Positions 39,053 to 47,440 of a stretch of 64,000 nucleotides of DNA are shown piece after piece. The translations under genes and the position numbers were made by a program. Below the pieces are notes generated by a model. The model ran no database searches. It saw nothing but the letters and a program-made list of their open reading frames with translations, and was not told where the DNA came from. Position 1 is the stretch's first letter. Each line of letters begins with the position of its first letter. Source of the stretch: an uncultured Bacteroidales bacterium (GTDB lineage Bacteria > Bacteroidota > Bacteroidia > Bacteroidales > UBA11471); the NCBI GenBank assembly GCA_947589325.1, contig CANQAM010000009.1, positions 195 through 64,194 on the forward strand, read 5' to 3'.

Positions 39053-40270
39053 TCAATTACCGGCGTCTTGCGGCAAATCGCCCCGCCGCAGCGTGATGCA
39101 GGTAATTTCGGGCGACATGCCTATGCGCACGGGCAATCCGACATAGCCCAGTCCGCGATTGACATAGAGGTATTGCGTGCCGTCGCGATACAAGCCCTCC
39201 CACTCGTCGAAAAGCCACGACGAGGGCGACCAGCGGAAACGTCCCCGCGCCACACCGCTCTGTCCGGCATGGGTGTGCCCCGAGAGGGTAAGGTCGATAA
39301 ATGGATAGCCGAGCACCTCCCTGCGCCAGTGCGTCGGATCGTGCGAAAGCAAAACGGTGAAGCGCGTCGTATCGAGCCCCGCCAGAGCAAGCGGCAAATC
39401 GCCGTACCGGCGGAAAGGCGGCTTGCCGACATTCTCGACGCCGACGAGCTGCCACACGGTATCGTCCGCCGCCACAAGACGCGATTCGTTGAGCAGCAAA
39501 TCGAACCCGCAGGCGCGGATACCGGCTTTCGTGCGCGCCAGATTTTCGCTCCACTGCGCCGGCGTTTCCCAGCGGTGATAGTCGCCGTAATCGTGGTTTC
39601 CGAGTATGGCATACACGCCGCAAGGCACTTGCAGGCGGCGGAACGTTTCGATGATGCGCGGCGTTATTTCGTCGGAAATATTGTTCACGAAATCGCCGGT
39701 AAAGACCACCATGTCGGCATGGCAGGAGTCGATGAGCGCGACGGTTTTTTCGAGCGTGCCGGTGCAGTCGCCCCAATTGCCGATATGGGCGTCTGAAAAC
39801 TGTACGATGCGGAATCCGTCCAACTGTTCGGGTACACGGGGCGACGTTACCGTTACATTCTCGACGTGTACCGCTGTCCGCCCCACAAAGGCGCCGGACA
39901 AAAAGAGCAGCACACCCGAAGCGGCAACCGCCAAGCCGATGAAGGAAAACACCCGCGTGCGCAGACGGAACAGCCGGCAGATGCCTTTTCCGAGCGCATC
40001 GAACAAGACGAAAAAGAGTTTCGGAATGTAGATGAGGACGTAGAGCCACAACAGCCACATCACCGCCACCATAGCCTTATAGCCGGAAAGGACGGGCAGG
40101 AAGAAACAAAAGAAAAGCAGCAGCAAAGCAAAGAATGCCGACGGCAGCCAATAGGTGATTGTCCGCACGCGGTCGAAACGAATACGCGAACGCAGCCGTC
40201 CATAAATCCACCCGTCGGCAATAACAATGATTGCCAGAGCAAGGATTGCCGGAATAAGGAAGAATCTCAT
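39053..40270 (-). CDS. Membrane-anchored metallophosphoesterase (calcineurin-like)
   Basis: N-terminal TM helices, then IVQFSDAHIG, FTGDFVN, GNHDY and SGHTHAGQ. Confidence 0.85.
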   Translation of the reverse strand: MRFFLIPAILALAIIVIADGWIYGRLRSRIRFDRVRTITYWLPSAFFALLLLFFCFFLPVLSGYKAMVAVMWLLWLYVLIYIPKLFFVLFDALGKGICRLFRLRTRVFSFIGLAVAASGVLLFLSGAFVGRTAVHVENVTVTSPRVPEQLDGFRIVQFSDAHIGNWGDCTGTLEKTVALIDSCHADMVVFTGDFVNNISDEITPRIIETFRRLQVPCGVYAILGNHDYGDYHRWETPAQWSENLARTKAGIRACGFDLLLNESRLVAADDTVWQLVGVENVGKPPFRRYGDLPLALAGLDTTRFTVLLSHDPTHWRREVLGYPFIDLTLSGHTHAGQSGVARGRFRWSPSSWLFDEWEGLYRDGTQYLYVNRGLGYVGLPVRIGMSPEITCITLRRGDLPQDAGN

Positions 40271-40303
40271 AATCGAACGTCCGAATTTCTTGTAACAACG
40301 CTT

Positions 40304-41683
40304 TTATTTCATATTCGGTTTTTCGAGGCCGTAATGGCGGCGGGCATTCTCGGCTTTCAGCAGGAAAGCGATGAGAATCGCCAACACGCCGAACAACGCG
40401 AATATCGTCATGGGCAGGGTGTAGTCGTAAGTTACCGCCCCCGCAGCGTCGGTGCGTTTGGCATAGGTTTCTATCACCCAGCCGATGAACACGGGCACCA
40501 TCGACAGACCGATATTCTGTATATAGAAAATCGTCGCATACGCCGAGCCGAGCTGTTTCATCGGAATGATTTTGGGAACGCTGGGCCACATGGCGGAGGG
40601 TACCAGCGAGAACGAAATGCCGAGAATCACCATGACGATAATGGCAAACCACCAATAAGGCAGTATGGGCAGGGCAAACAGCACGTGTACCGCCGTGAGC
40701 ATGACCGAACCGATAATCATCAGCGTGGCGCCCTTGCCTATGCGGTCGTAGAGCGAACCGAAAAGCGGCGTCAGCAAGATGGTGCCGAACGGCAGCAGCG
40801 AGGGAATGAATCCGGCAAGGTCGGGAGCGACGTTGTACTTATAAATCATCAACTTGGTGGCGAATTTCAAGAAGGGGAACACGGCGGCATAGAAGCAGAG
40901 GCAGAGCAAGGCTATCAGCCAAAATCCGCGATTGGTGAAAATCAGTTTCAGGTCGCTCAACACGAAACCGCCTTCCTCGCCGGAGTTTCCGGCTGCGGCA
41001 GCAGGGTCGGACGAAGCGTCCAGCCGACAGTCCATCACGCAATACACGATATACGCCATCAAGCCCACGCACAAAGCGATGGCGCCGACCAACACCGGTG
41101 CTGCAATGGTGCCTATGGCGTGTGCTATGGGTACGCTGCAACTCAATGCGGCGGCAGTGCCCAAACGTCCCAATGCCACCTGCAAACCCATGGCCAGCGC
41201 CATTTCATGCCCGCCGAACCACTTGGCAATGACTTTCGTAGCGGTAATGCAGGTGATTTCATTGCCCACGCCGAAAATCGCGAAGCCCAAACTTGCCAGA
41301 ATCACTTGCATGTTGTAGCCGAAAAGCGTGGCGCCGCCAAAGTCGGCGGAAAGGGCATACCATTTGATGAGTGCACCCGAGAGCATCAGGCTGCTCGACA
41401 GCAGACCGGTGAAGCGCACGCCGCATTTGTCGAGAATGATGCCGCCGAAAAAGAGCATCAACAGAAACACGTTGATGAAACCGTAGGAGCCGGAGAAGAA
41501 TCCGTACTCGCTGCTCGTCCAGCCCAAACCGCCCTCTTCGGGCGTTTTGGTAAGCATGTCTTCAAGGGGCGCCATGATGTCGCACAAGAAGTAGCCCGTC
41601 ATCATGGTAAACGACACAATCACCATAGCCGACCATCGCGCCACAGCGCTGTCGCTCAATTTTTTTCTCAGAATTTCAGTCAT
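40304..41683 (-). CDS. MFS transporter
   Basis: 459 aa with about 12 hydrophobic segments and a typical MFS layout. The substrate cannot be inferred. Confidence 0.85.
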   Translation of the reverse strand: MTEILRKKLSDSAVARWSAMVIVSFTMMTGYFLCDIMAPLEDMLTKTPEEGGLGWTSSEYGFFSGSYGFINVFLLMLFFGGIILDKCGVRFTGLLSSSLMLSGALIKWYALSADFGGATLFGYNMQVILASLGFAIFGVGNEITCITATKVIAKWFGGHEMALAMGLQVALGRLGTAAALSCSVPIAHAIGTIAAPVLVGAIALCVGLMAYIVYCVMDCRLDASSDPAAAAGNSGEEGGFVLSDLKLIFTNRGFWLIALLCLCFYAAVFPFLKFATKLMIYKYNVAPDLAGFIPSLLPFGTILLTPLFGSLYDRIGKGATLMIIGSVMLTAVHVLFALPILPYWWFAIIVMVILGISFSLVPSAMWPSVPKIIPMKQLGSAYATIFYIQNIGLSMVPVFIGWVIETYAKRTDAAGAVTYDYTLPMTIFALFGVLAILIAFLLKAENARRHYGLEKPNMK

Positions 41684-41702
41684 TTTTTCTTATTTGATAA
41701 TA

Positions 41703-43121
41703 TTATTTTTCAATGGGTTTCCGTTCCAGCAGCACGACGTTTTCCACATGATGCGTATGCGGGAACATATCGACGGGCTGTACCCGCGCCACCCGATAGG
41801 CGGCATCGAGCAGCGAGAGGTCGCGCGCCTGCGTGGCAGGGTTGCAGCTGACGTAAACGATGCGCTGCGAGGCGGCAAAGCGTATGGCGGCTATCACATC
41901 GTCGTGCATACCGGCGCGGGGCGGGTCGGTGATGATGACGTCGGGACGGCCGTGCTCCTCGATGAACGCGGTCGTGAGGAGGTCTTTCATATCGCCGGCG
42001 TAGAACAGGGTATTTTCGATGCCGTTGTAGGCGGAATTGACTTTGGCGTCCTCGATGGCTTCGGGTACGTACTCGATGCCGACGACCTGCCGCGCCTGCC
42101 GCGCCACGAAATTGGCTATCGTGCCCGTTCCCGTATAAAGGTCATAGACCAACTCCCGACCCGTGAGCGAGGCAAACTCGCGCACGACTTTATAAAGTTC
42201 GCACGCCTGCGCGGTGTTGGTTTGGAAAAACGACTTCGGCCCGATTTTGAAACGGAGGTCTTCCATTTTTTCGAGAATGTAATCGCGCCCGCGAAACACG
42301 TGCACCTCTTGGTCGGTAATCGTATCGTTGGCTTTGCGATTGACGATGTAGAGAAGCGAGGTTATCTGCGGGAAAGTATCGGCGACGAATGTCATCAGGC
42401 GGTCGATACGCTCGCGGTCGTCGTCGAAAAACACGACGATGAGCATGATTTCGCCCGTCGAGGCGGTGCGCACGATGATGTTGCGCATGAATCCCGTCTG
42501 CTCCCGCAGGTTGAAAAAGGGATAGCCGTTGTCGAGGGCGAAGCGTTTTATCGCGAGGCGTATGCGGTTGGAAATGTCGTCCTGCAACCAACACTTTTCG
42601 ATGTCGAGCACCTTGTCGAACATGGAGGGTATGTGGAAACCCAGCGCGTTGCGGTCGAACGTCTGCTCCTGCGCCAGCTGTTCGGGCGTGAGCCACGCCT
42701 TGTCGGAAAAGGTAAATTCGAGTTTGTTGCGATAGAATTCGGTGCGCGCCGAACCTTTGATAGGTTCGAACTCCGGCAAGGGAATTTTTCCGATGCGGGT
42801 CAGGTTGTCGAACACCTGCTGCTGTTTGTATTTGAGCTGGTATTCGTAGGGAATGTGCTGCCACTTGCAGCCGCCGCACACACCGAAGTGGGAACAAAAC
42901 GGCGCCACCCGCATGGGCGACGGGGTGATGAGCCGCGCGATGCGGGCTTCGGCATATTTGTGTTTTTTGCGATACACCTGCAAATCGGCAACGTCGCCCG
43001 GGGCGGCATAGGGCACGAACACCACCCTGTCATCGACACGGGCGACGGCTCTGCCTTCGGCGGCGACACCGGTTATCTCCACCTGTTCCAAAACAGGTAA
43101 CTCTTTCTTTTTTCGAGCCAA
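41703..43121 (-). CDS. rlmD: 23S rRNA (uracil-C5)-methyltransferase RlmD/RumA family
   Basis: TRAM-like N-terminus (VEITGVAAEGRAVARV), Fe-S cysteines (CSHFGVCGGCKWQH) and SAM-MTase motifs (DLYTGTGTI, DPPRAGMH). No in-frame ATG lies near the conserved N-terminus. The TTG at 43121 gives MARKKKELPVLE. The track start at 43196 is also TTG. Confidence 0.85.
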   Translation of the reverse strand: MARKKKELPVLEQVEITGVAAEGRAVARVDDRVVFVPYAAPGDVADLQVYRKKHKYAEARIARLITPSPMRVAPFCSHFGVCGGCKWQHIPYEYQLKYKQQQVFDNLTRIGKIPLPEFEPIKGSARTEFYRNKLEFTFSDKAWLTPEQLAQEQTFDRNALGFHIPSMFDKVLDIEKCWLQDDISNRIRLAIKRFALDNGYPFFNLREQTGFMRNIIVRTASTGEIMLIVVFFDDDRERIDRLMTFVADTFPQITSLLYIVNRKANDTITDQEVHVFRGRDYILEKMEDLRFKIGPKSFFQTNTAQACELYKVVREFASLTGRELVYDLYTGTGTIANFVARQARQVVGIEYVPEAIEDAKVNSAYNGIENTLFYAGDMKDLLTTAFIEEHGRPDVIITDPPRAGMHDDVIAAIRFAASQRIVYVSCNPATQARDLSLLDAAYRVARVQPVDMFPHTHHVENVVLLERKPIEK

Positions 43122-43233
43122 AACGATAAGTTTTTGAATAAAAACAAATTCGTCCAAAGGTAGCGATAATTCTTCAATCCGACACCGCAGAAACAAAAAA
43201 AACTATATTTTGCAAATTTATTCTTTCTATAAA

Positions 43234-43265
43234 TTTGGACTATCGCAAGAATCCATATATTTTTG
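43234..43265 (+). promoter_or_regulatory. Bacteroides-type promoter for ppdK (TTTG-N20-TATTTTTG)
   Basis: -33 TTTG at 43234-43237 and -7 TAnnTTTG at 43258-43265, separated by a 20-nt spacer and about 50 nt upstream of the ppdK ATG. Confidence 0.5.
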
Positions 43266-43315
43266 TAGTCTGAAATTTCGTTAATGAAAAAAGTAAACAT
43301 ACAAACCTTTTTTAT

Positions 43316-46027
43316 ATGAAACAAATCTATACTTTCGGTAACGGTCATGCAGAAGGTCGTGCCGATATGAGAAACCTGTTGGGAGGAAAAGGTGCCAACC
43401 TCGCCGAAATGAACCTGATCGGCGTTCCCGTTCCGCCCGGATTTACGATTACCACCGAAATCTGCACCGCTTACAACAAAGAGGGTAAAGATGCCATTGT
43501 GAAAATGCTGAAAAGCGATGTCGAAAAATCGATAGCTCACATCGAAAACCTGATGGGCACGAAATTCGGCGACGCCCAAAACCCGCTGCTGGTTTCGGTG
43601 CGCTCAGGTGCGCGCGTGTCGATGCCCGGCATGATGGACACGGTGCTCAACCTCGGTATGAACGACGACGCCGTAGAGGGTATTGCCCGTAAATCGGGAA
43701 ATCCCCGTTTTGCATGGGACTCCTACCGCCGTTTCGTACAGATGTACGGCGATGTGGTGCTCGGCATGAAACCCAAAAGCAAAGAAGACATAGACCCGTT
43801 CGAGGAGGTCATGGAAGAAGTGAAAGCTGCCAAAGGCATCAAATTGGATACCGAATTGACAGTCGATGACCTGAAAGAGTTGGTAAAACGCTTCAAAGCC
43901 GCCGTAAAAGCCCGCACGGGCAAAGACTTCCCCTCGTCGCCGTGGGAACAGCTGTGGGGCGCTATCTGCGCCGTGTTCGACAGCTGGATGAACGAGCGCG
44001 CCATTCTCTACCGCCGCATGAACCAGATACCCGAAGAATGGGGTACGGCTGTGAATGTGCAGGCAATGGTATTCGGCAACATGGGCAACACGTCGGCTAC
44101 CGGCGTGGCATTCACCCGCGACGCCGCTACGGGCGAAGACATATTCAACGGCGAATACCTCATCAACGCACAAGGCGAAGACGTGGTAGCCGGTGTACGC
44201 ACACCGCAGCAAATCACCGTCGAAGGCTCGCGCCGCTGGGCTTCCCTGCAAGGCATCTCCGAAGAAGAACGTGCCAAAAAATATCCTTCGCTCGAAGAGT
44301 CGATGCCCGAATGCGCCAAAGACCTCATCGAAACGCAACAGAAACTCGAAGACTACTTCAAAGATATGCAAGACCTCGAATTTACCATTCAGAACGGTAA
44401 ACTGTGGCTCTTGCAAACCCGCAACGGAAAACGCACCGGCGCCGCCATGGTGAAAATCGCCATGGATATGCTGCGCGACGGCATCATCGACGAAAAAACA
44501 GCGCTCAAACGTATGGAGCCGCAGAAACTCGATGAACTCCTCCACCCCGTATTCGACAAGACGGCTGTGAAACGCACGAAAGTCATGGCAAAAGGTTTGC
44601 CCGCCTCGCCGGGCGCTGCCGCCGGACAAATCGTATTCTTCGCCGACGATGCCGAAGCGTGGGCAGAGAAACGCAAAAAAGTGGTAATGGTACGTATCGA
44701 AACCTCGCCCGAAGACCTGCGCGGTATGCACGTGGCACAAGGTATTCTCACTGCACGCGGCGGTATGACCTCGCACGCAGCCGTTGTGGCTCGCGGCATG
44801 GGCAAATGCTGCGTATCGGGCGCCGGCGAAATAAAAGTCGATTACAAAGCCCGCACGCTCGAAATGTCGGGAAAAGTATATAAAGAGGGCGACTGGATTT
44901 CGCTGAACGGTTCCACCGGTGAAGTGTACGACGGACAGGTTCCGACCGTAGAAGCCGATATGAGCGGCAATTTCGCAGCCATCATGAATCTCGCCGAGAA
45001 ATACACCAAAGTCGATGTACGCACCAATGCCGATACGCCCAAAGATGCGTCGGTAGCCCGCCGCTTCGGCGCAAAAGGCATCGGACTGTGCCGCACCGAA
45101 CACATGTTCTTCGAGGGCACCCGCATCAAAGCCATGCGCGAAATGATACTCTCGAAAGACGAAGAGGGTCGCCGCCATGCACTCGACAAACTGCTGCCGA
45201 TGCAGCGGGGCGACTTCGAGGGCATCTTCGAGGCAATGGACGGCTTCGGCGTAACGATACGTCTGCTCGACCCGCCCTTGCATGAATTCGTACCCCACCA
45301 GCTGGCTACGCAGAAAGAGCTGGCAGAGGAAATGGGTCTTACCATCGACGAGGTGAAACTCGCCTGCGACTCGCTGGCAGAGTTCAACCCCATGCTGGGA
45401 CACCGCGGCTGCCGCTTGGGCTGCACCTATCCCGAAATCACCGAAATGCAGGCTCGCGCCATCATCGAAGCCGCTCTCAACGTGAAAGCGCGCGGCATCG
45501 ACGTACACCCCGAAATCATGGTGCCGTTGGTAGGCGTGGTCGAAGAGCTGAAACTGCAAGCCGAAATCATACACAACACCGCTGCCAAAGTATTTGCAGA
45601 ACGCGGCGAAAGCGTGGCTTACAAAGTGGGTACGATGATCGAAGTGCCCCGCGCTGCCGTTACCGCCGACCAAATAGCCGAAGTGGCAGACTTCTTCTCG
45701 TTCGGTACGAACGACCTGACGCAAATGACTTTCGGCTATTCGCGCGACGATGCCGGCAAATTCCTTAAAATATATAAGGAAAAAGGCATCATCAAAACCG
45801 ACCCGTTCGAGGTGCTCGACCAAAAAGGCGTGGGACAACTCGTGCGTATGGGCGTAGAAAAAGGCCGCTCCACCAAACCCGAACTCAAAGTGGGTATCTG
45901 CGGCGAACACGGCGGCGAACCTTCGTCGGTGAAATTCTGCGCTTCGTTGGGCATGAACTACGTAAGCTGCAGCCCCTACCGCGTGCCTATCGCACGAGTG
46001 GCAGCAGCACAAGCAGCTATCGAATAG
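43316..46027 (+). CDS. ppdK: Pyruvate, phosphate dikinase
   Basis: 903 aa. Motifs: MRNLLGGKGANLAEM, phospho-His region GGMTSHAAVVARGMGK and C-terminal PEP-utilizer region GLCRTEHMFF...GICGEHGG. Confidence 0.97.
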   Translation: MKQIYTFGNGHAEGRADMRNLLGGKGANLAEMNLIGVPVPPGFTITTEICTAYNKEGKDAIVKMLKSDVEKSIAHIENLMGTKFGDAQNPLLVSVRSGARVSMPGMMDTVLNLGMNDDAVEGIARKSGNPRFAWDSYRRFVQMYGDVVLGMKPKSKEDIDPFEEVMEEVKAAKGIKLDTELTVDDLKELVKRFKAAVKARTGKDFPSSPWEQLWGAICAVFDSWMNERAILYRRMNQIPEEWGTAVNVQAMVFGNMGNTSATGVAFTRDAATGEDIFNGEYLINAQGEDVVAGVRTPQQITVEGSRRWASLQGISEEERAKKYPSLEESMPECAKDLIETQQKLEDYFKDMQDLEFTIQNGKLWLLQTRNGKRTGAAMVKIAMDMLRDGIIDEKTALKRMEPQKLDELLHPVFDKTAVKRTKVMAKGLPASPGAAAGQIVFFADDAEAWAEKRKKVVMVRIETSPEDLRGMHVAQGILTARGGMTSHAAVVARGMGKCCVSGAGEIKVDYKARTLEMSGKVYKEGDWISLNGSTGEVYDGQVPTVEADMSGNFAAIMNLAEKYTKVDVRTNADTPKDASVARRFGAKGIGLCRTEHMFFEGTRIKAMREMILSKDEEGRRHALDKLLPMQRGDFEGIFEAMDGFGVTIRLLDPPLHEFVPHQLATQKELAEEMGLTIDEVKLACDSLAEFNPMLGHRGCRLGCTYPEITEMQARAIIEAALNVKARGIDVHPEIMVPLVGVVEELKLQAEIIHNTAAKVFAERGESVAYKVGTMIEVPRAAVTADQIAEVADFFSFGTNDLTQMTFGYSRDDAGKFLKIYKEKGIIKTDPFEVLDQKGVGQLVRMGVEKGRSTKPELKVGICGEHGGEPSSVKFCASLGMNYVSCSPYRVPIARVAAAQAAIE

Positions 46028-46055
46028 TGTTTCATTATCATAATTTTAATGGTTG

Positions 46056-46090
46056 GGCGTTTCTCCGTGAGGAGAGACGCCTTTTTTTAT
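46056..46090 (+). terminator. Rho-independent terminator of ppdK
   Basis: 11-bp stem GGCGTTTCTCC / GGAGAGACGCC (one G-U pair) with a GTGA loop, then TTTTTTT. Confidence 0.85.
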
Positions 46091-46092
46091 TT

Positions 46093-46123
46093 TTTGCGAT
46101 TCCGCAAATCTTTTCTATCTTTG
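46093..46123 (+). promoter_or_regulatory. Bacteroides-type promoter with no downstream ORF (TTTG-N19-TATCTTTG)
   Basis: -33 TTTG at 46093-46096 and -7 TATCTTTG at 46116-46123, separated by a 19-nt spacer. It sits directly after the ppdK terminator. Confidence 0.4.
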
Positions 46124-46213
46124 CACTTCCGAACGGGAGTGCCGGTCGGGGCGATACGGCGGCAGACAACACTTAAACCGTACCGCATTATAGGTAGGCG
46201 ATGCCGCTTTTTT
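46124..46213 (+). ncRNA. Candidate small RNA or structured leader (unclassified)
   Basis: A GC-rich ~85-nt segment in an otherwise AT-rich spacer. It contains hairpin CACTTCC-GAAC-GGGAGTG (46124-46141), stem TGCCG/CGGCG, and long-range GCGGCA/TGCCGC pairing followed by T6 (46208-46213). A second -7 box, TATCTTTG at 46252-46259, lies downstream and can serve the following operon. Confidence 0.25.
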
Positions 46214-46299
46214 ACCTCGATTTAGGTATTAAAAATTTTCAAGATTCGTCTTATCTTTGCTCCCGAAACAAAAATTTCCAACCCTATAAAATCTAAAAA

Positions 46300-46785
46300 A
46301 TGAAACTATCCGCCTTGACTTTGCTGCTCGCCGTTTTCTGTCTGGCAAGCTGCAACAACGATGAAAAAGAAAATGAACTCATTATAGATCCTGTCGAAGA
46401 TATTATCTCCGGAACGTATCAGGGATATTCCACATTTGCCGCTGCCCCTATTCCCGAACCACTGCTGACGGAAAACGAAACCGTAACGATAACCGCAGTA
46501 GAGGGCAACAAATTCGATGTATCGTTCACGTCAGTAATCATGGGCTATACACTTGACCTTGACATCGACGGTGCCACCGTATCGGTCGTTGATGGCAAAT
46601 TTCAAATCGACGGAAACGGAAAGGCTTATATGGCAATGGGCGACCGTGAACCCGTTTTATACGACGCTTCGCTCACCGGTACCATAGAAAAAGGTGCTAC
46701 CCAATTGATATTCACCTGCCCGACCGTCATGGACGGTACGACCATTACATTCATCGAAGGCGCGGCTCCCGACACGGAGAAATAA
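46300..46785 (+). CDS. Small lipoprotein, calycin/lipocalin-like (HmuY-associated)
   Basis: Lipoprotein signal LAVFCLASCNND and about 140 aa of beta-rich sequence (ISGTYQGYSTF...). The stop abuts the hmuY start (TAA ATG). The family call is tentative. Confidence 0.55.
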   Translation: MKLSALTLLLAVFCLASCNNDEKENELIIDPVEDIISGTYQGYSTFAAAPIPEPLLTENETVTITAVEGNKFDVSFTSVIMGYTLDLDIDGATVSVVDGKFQIDGNGKAYMAMGDREPVLYDASLTGTIEKGATQLIFTCPTVMDGTTITFIEGAAPDTEK

Positions 46786-47439
46786 ATGAAAAAAACGCTT
46801 GCCGCCGTTCTCGGAAGCTGTGCCGTGTGCCTGCTCTCCTCTTGCAATGGTATTTTCGGAAATATCTACGATACGGCAGAGCCCTCTGACGAGACTTCTG
46901 CCTACGGTTTCGTAAAGCCCTGCACGGACAGCGAGGCGGGACGCATCTACATCGACACGCAGGATTATACGCAATGGGTGTATCTCGATTTCGAGGCGCA
47001 GACAACCGCTGTCGCGGCTGTCGCCGATGAAGCGCCGGAGGCATGGGACATCGCCCTACACCGCTACGACGTGAAAACGCACGACGGACGGGCTGCCGAA
47101 ACTGCCTACTCCGACCTCTCGAAGTGGGCGGGTGCGGGACGTCCCGCACCCGCAGAGGAGTACGCCGACATCTGGTCGGACGAGCGCATCATGACCGACC
47201 TGTCGCACATGATGGACAGCATCATCGTCTATACGCCGTCGTATTACAATCCCTGCCTCTCCCGCTGGCTCGACGTGGATTTGCGCACGATGCCGCCGAT
47301 TTACACGCCGTCGAACCGCGTCTATACAGTGCGCTTCGACGACGGCAGGGGCATGGCGCTGCGGTTTCTCAACTACATGGACGATCGCGGCGCAAAGGGC
47401 TACATAATGATCGATTACCTTTATCCCGTTTCTTTCTGA
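46786..47439 (+). CDS. hmuY: HmuY-family heme-binding lipoprotein
   Basis: Lipoprotein signal (CLLSSCNG). WDIALHRYDVKTH matches the HmuY signature WDMALHRYDV. The C-terminus VYTVRFDDGRGMALRFLNYMD...IDYLYPV parallels P. gingivalis HmuY. Confidence 0.85.
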   Translation: MKKTLAAVLGSCAVCLLSSCNGIFGNIYDTAEPSDETSAYGFVKPCTDSEAGRIYIDTQDYTQWVYLDFEAQTTAVAAVADEAPEAWDIALHRYDVKTHDGRAAETAYSDLSKWAGAGRPAPAEEYADIWSDERIMTDLSHMMDSIIVYTPSYYNPCLSRWLDVDLRTMPPIYTPSNRVYTVRFDDGRGMALRFLNYMDDRGAKGYIMIDYLYPVSF

Positions 47440-47440
47440 C

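Noticed and set aside
46124-46213. A cobalamin riboswitch or SRP (4.5S) RNA upstream of the TonB-receptor operon.
   Set aside because: I found no B12-box-like sequence and the element is far too short for a cobalamin riboswitch. The SRP helix-8 signature (GGAA-type tetraloop followed by GGAAGCAGC) is absent. It is kept only as an unclassified candidate RNA.
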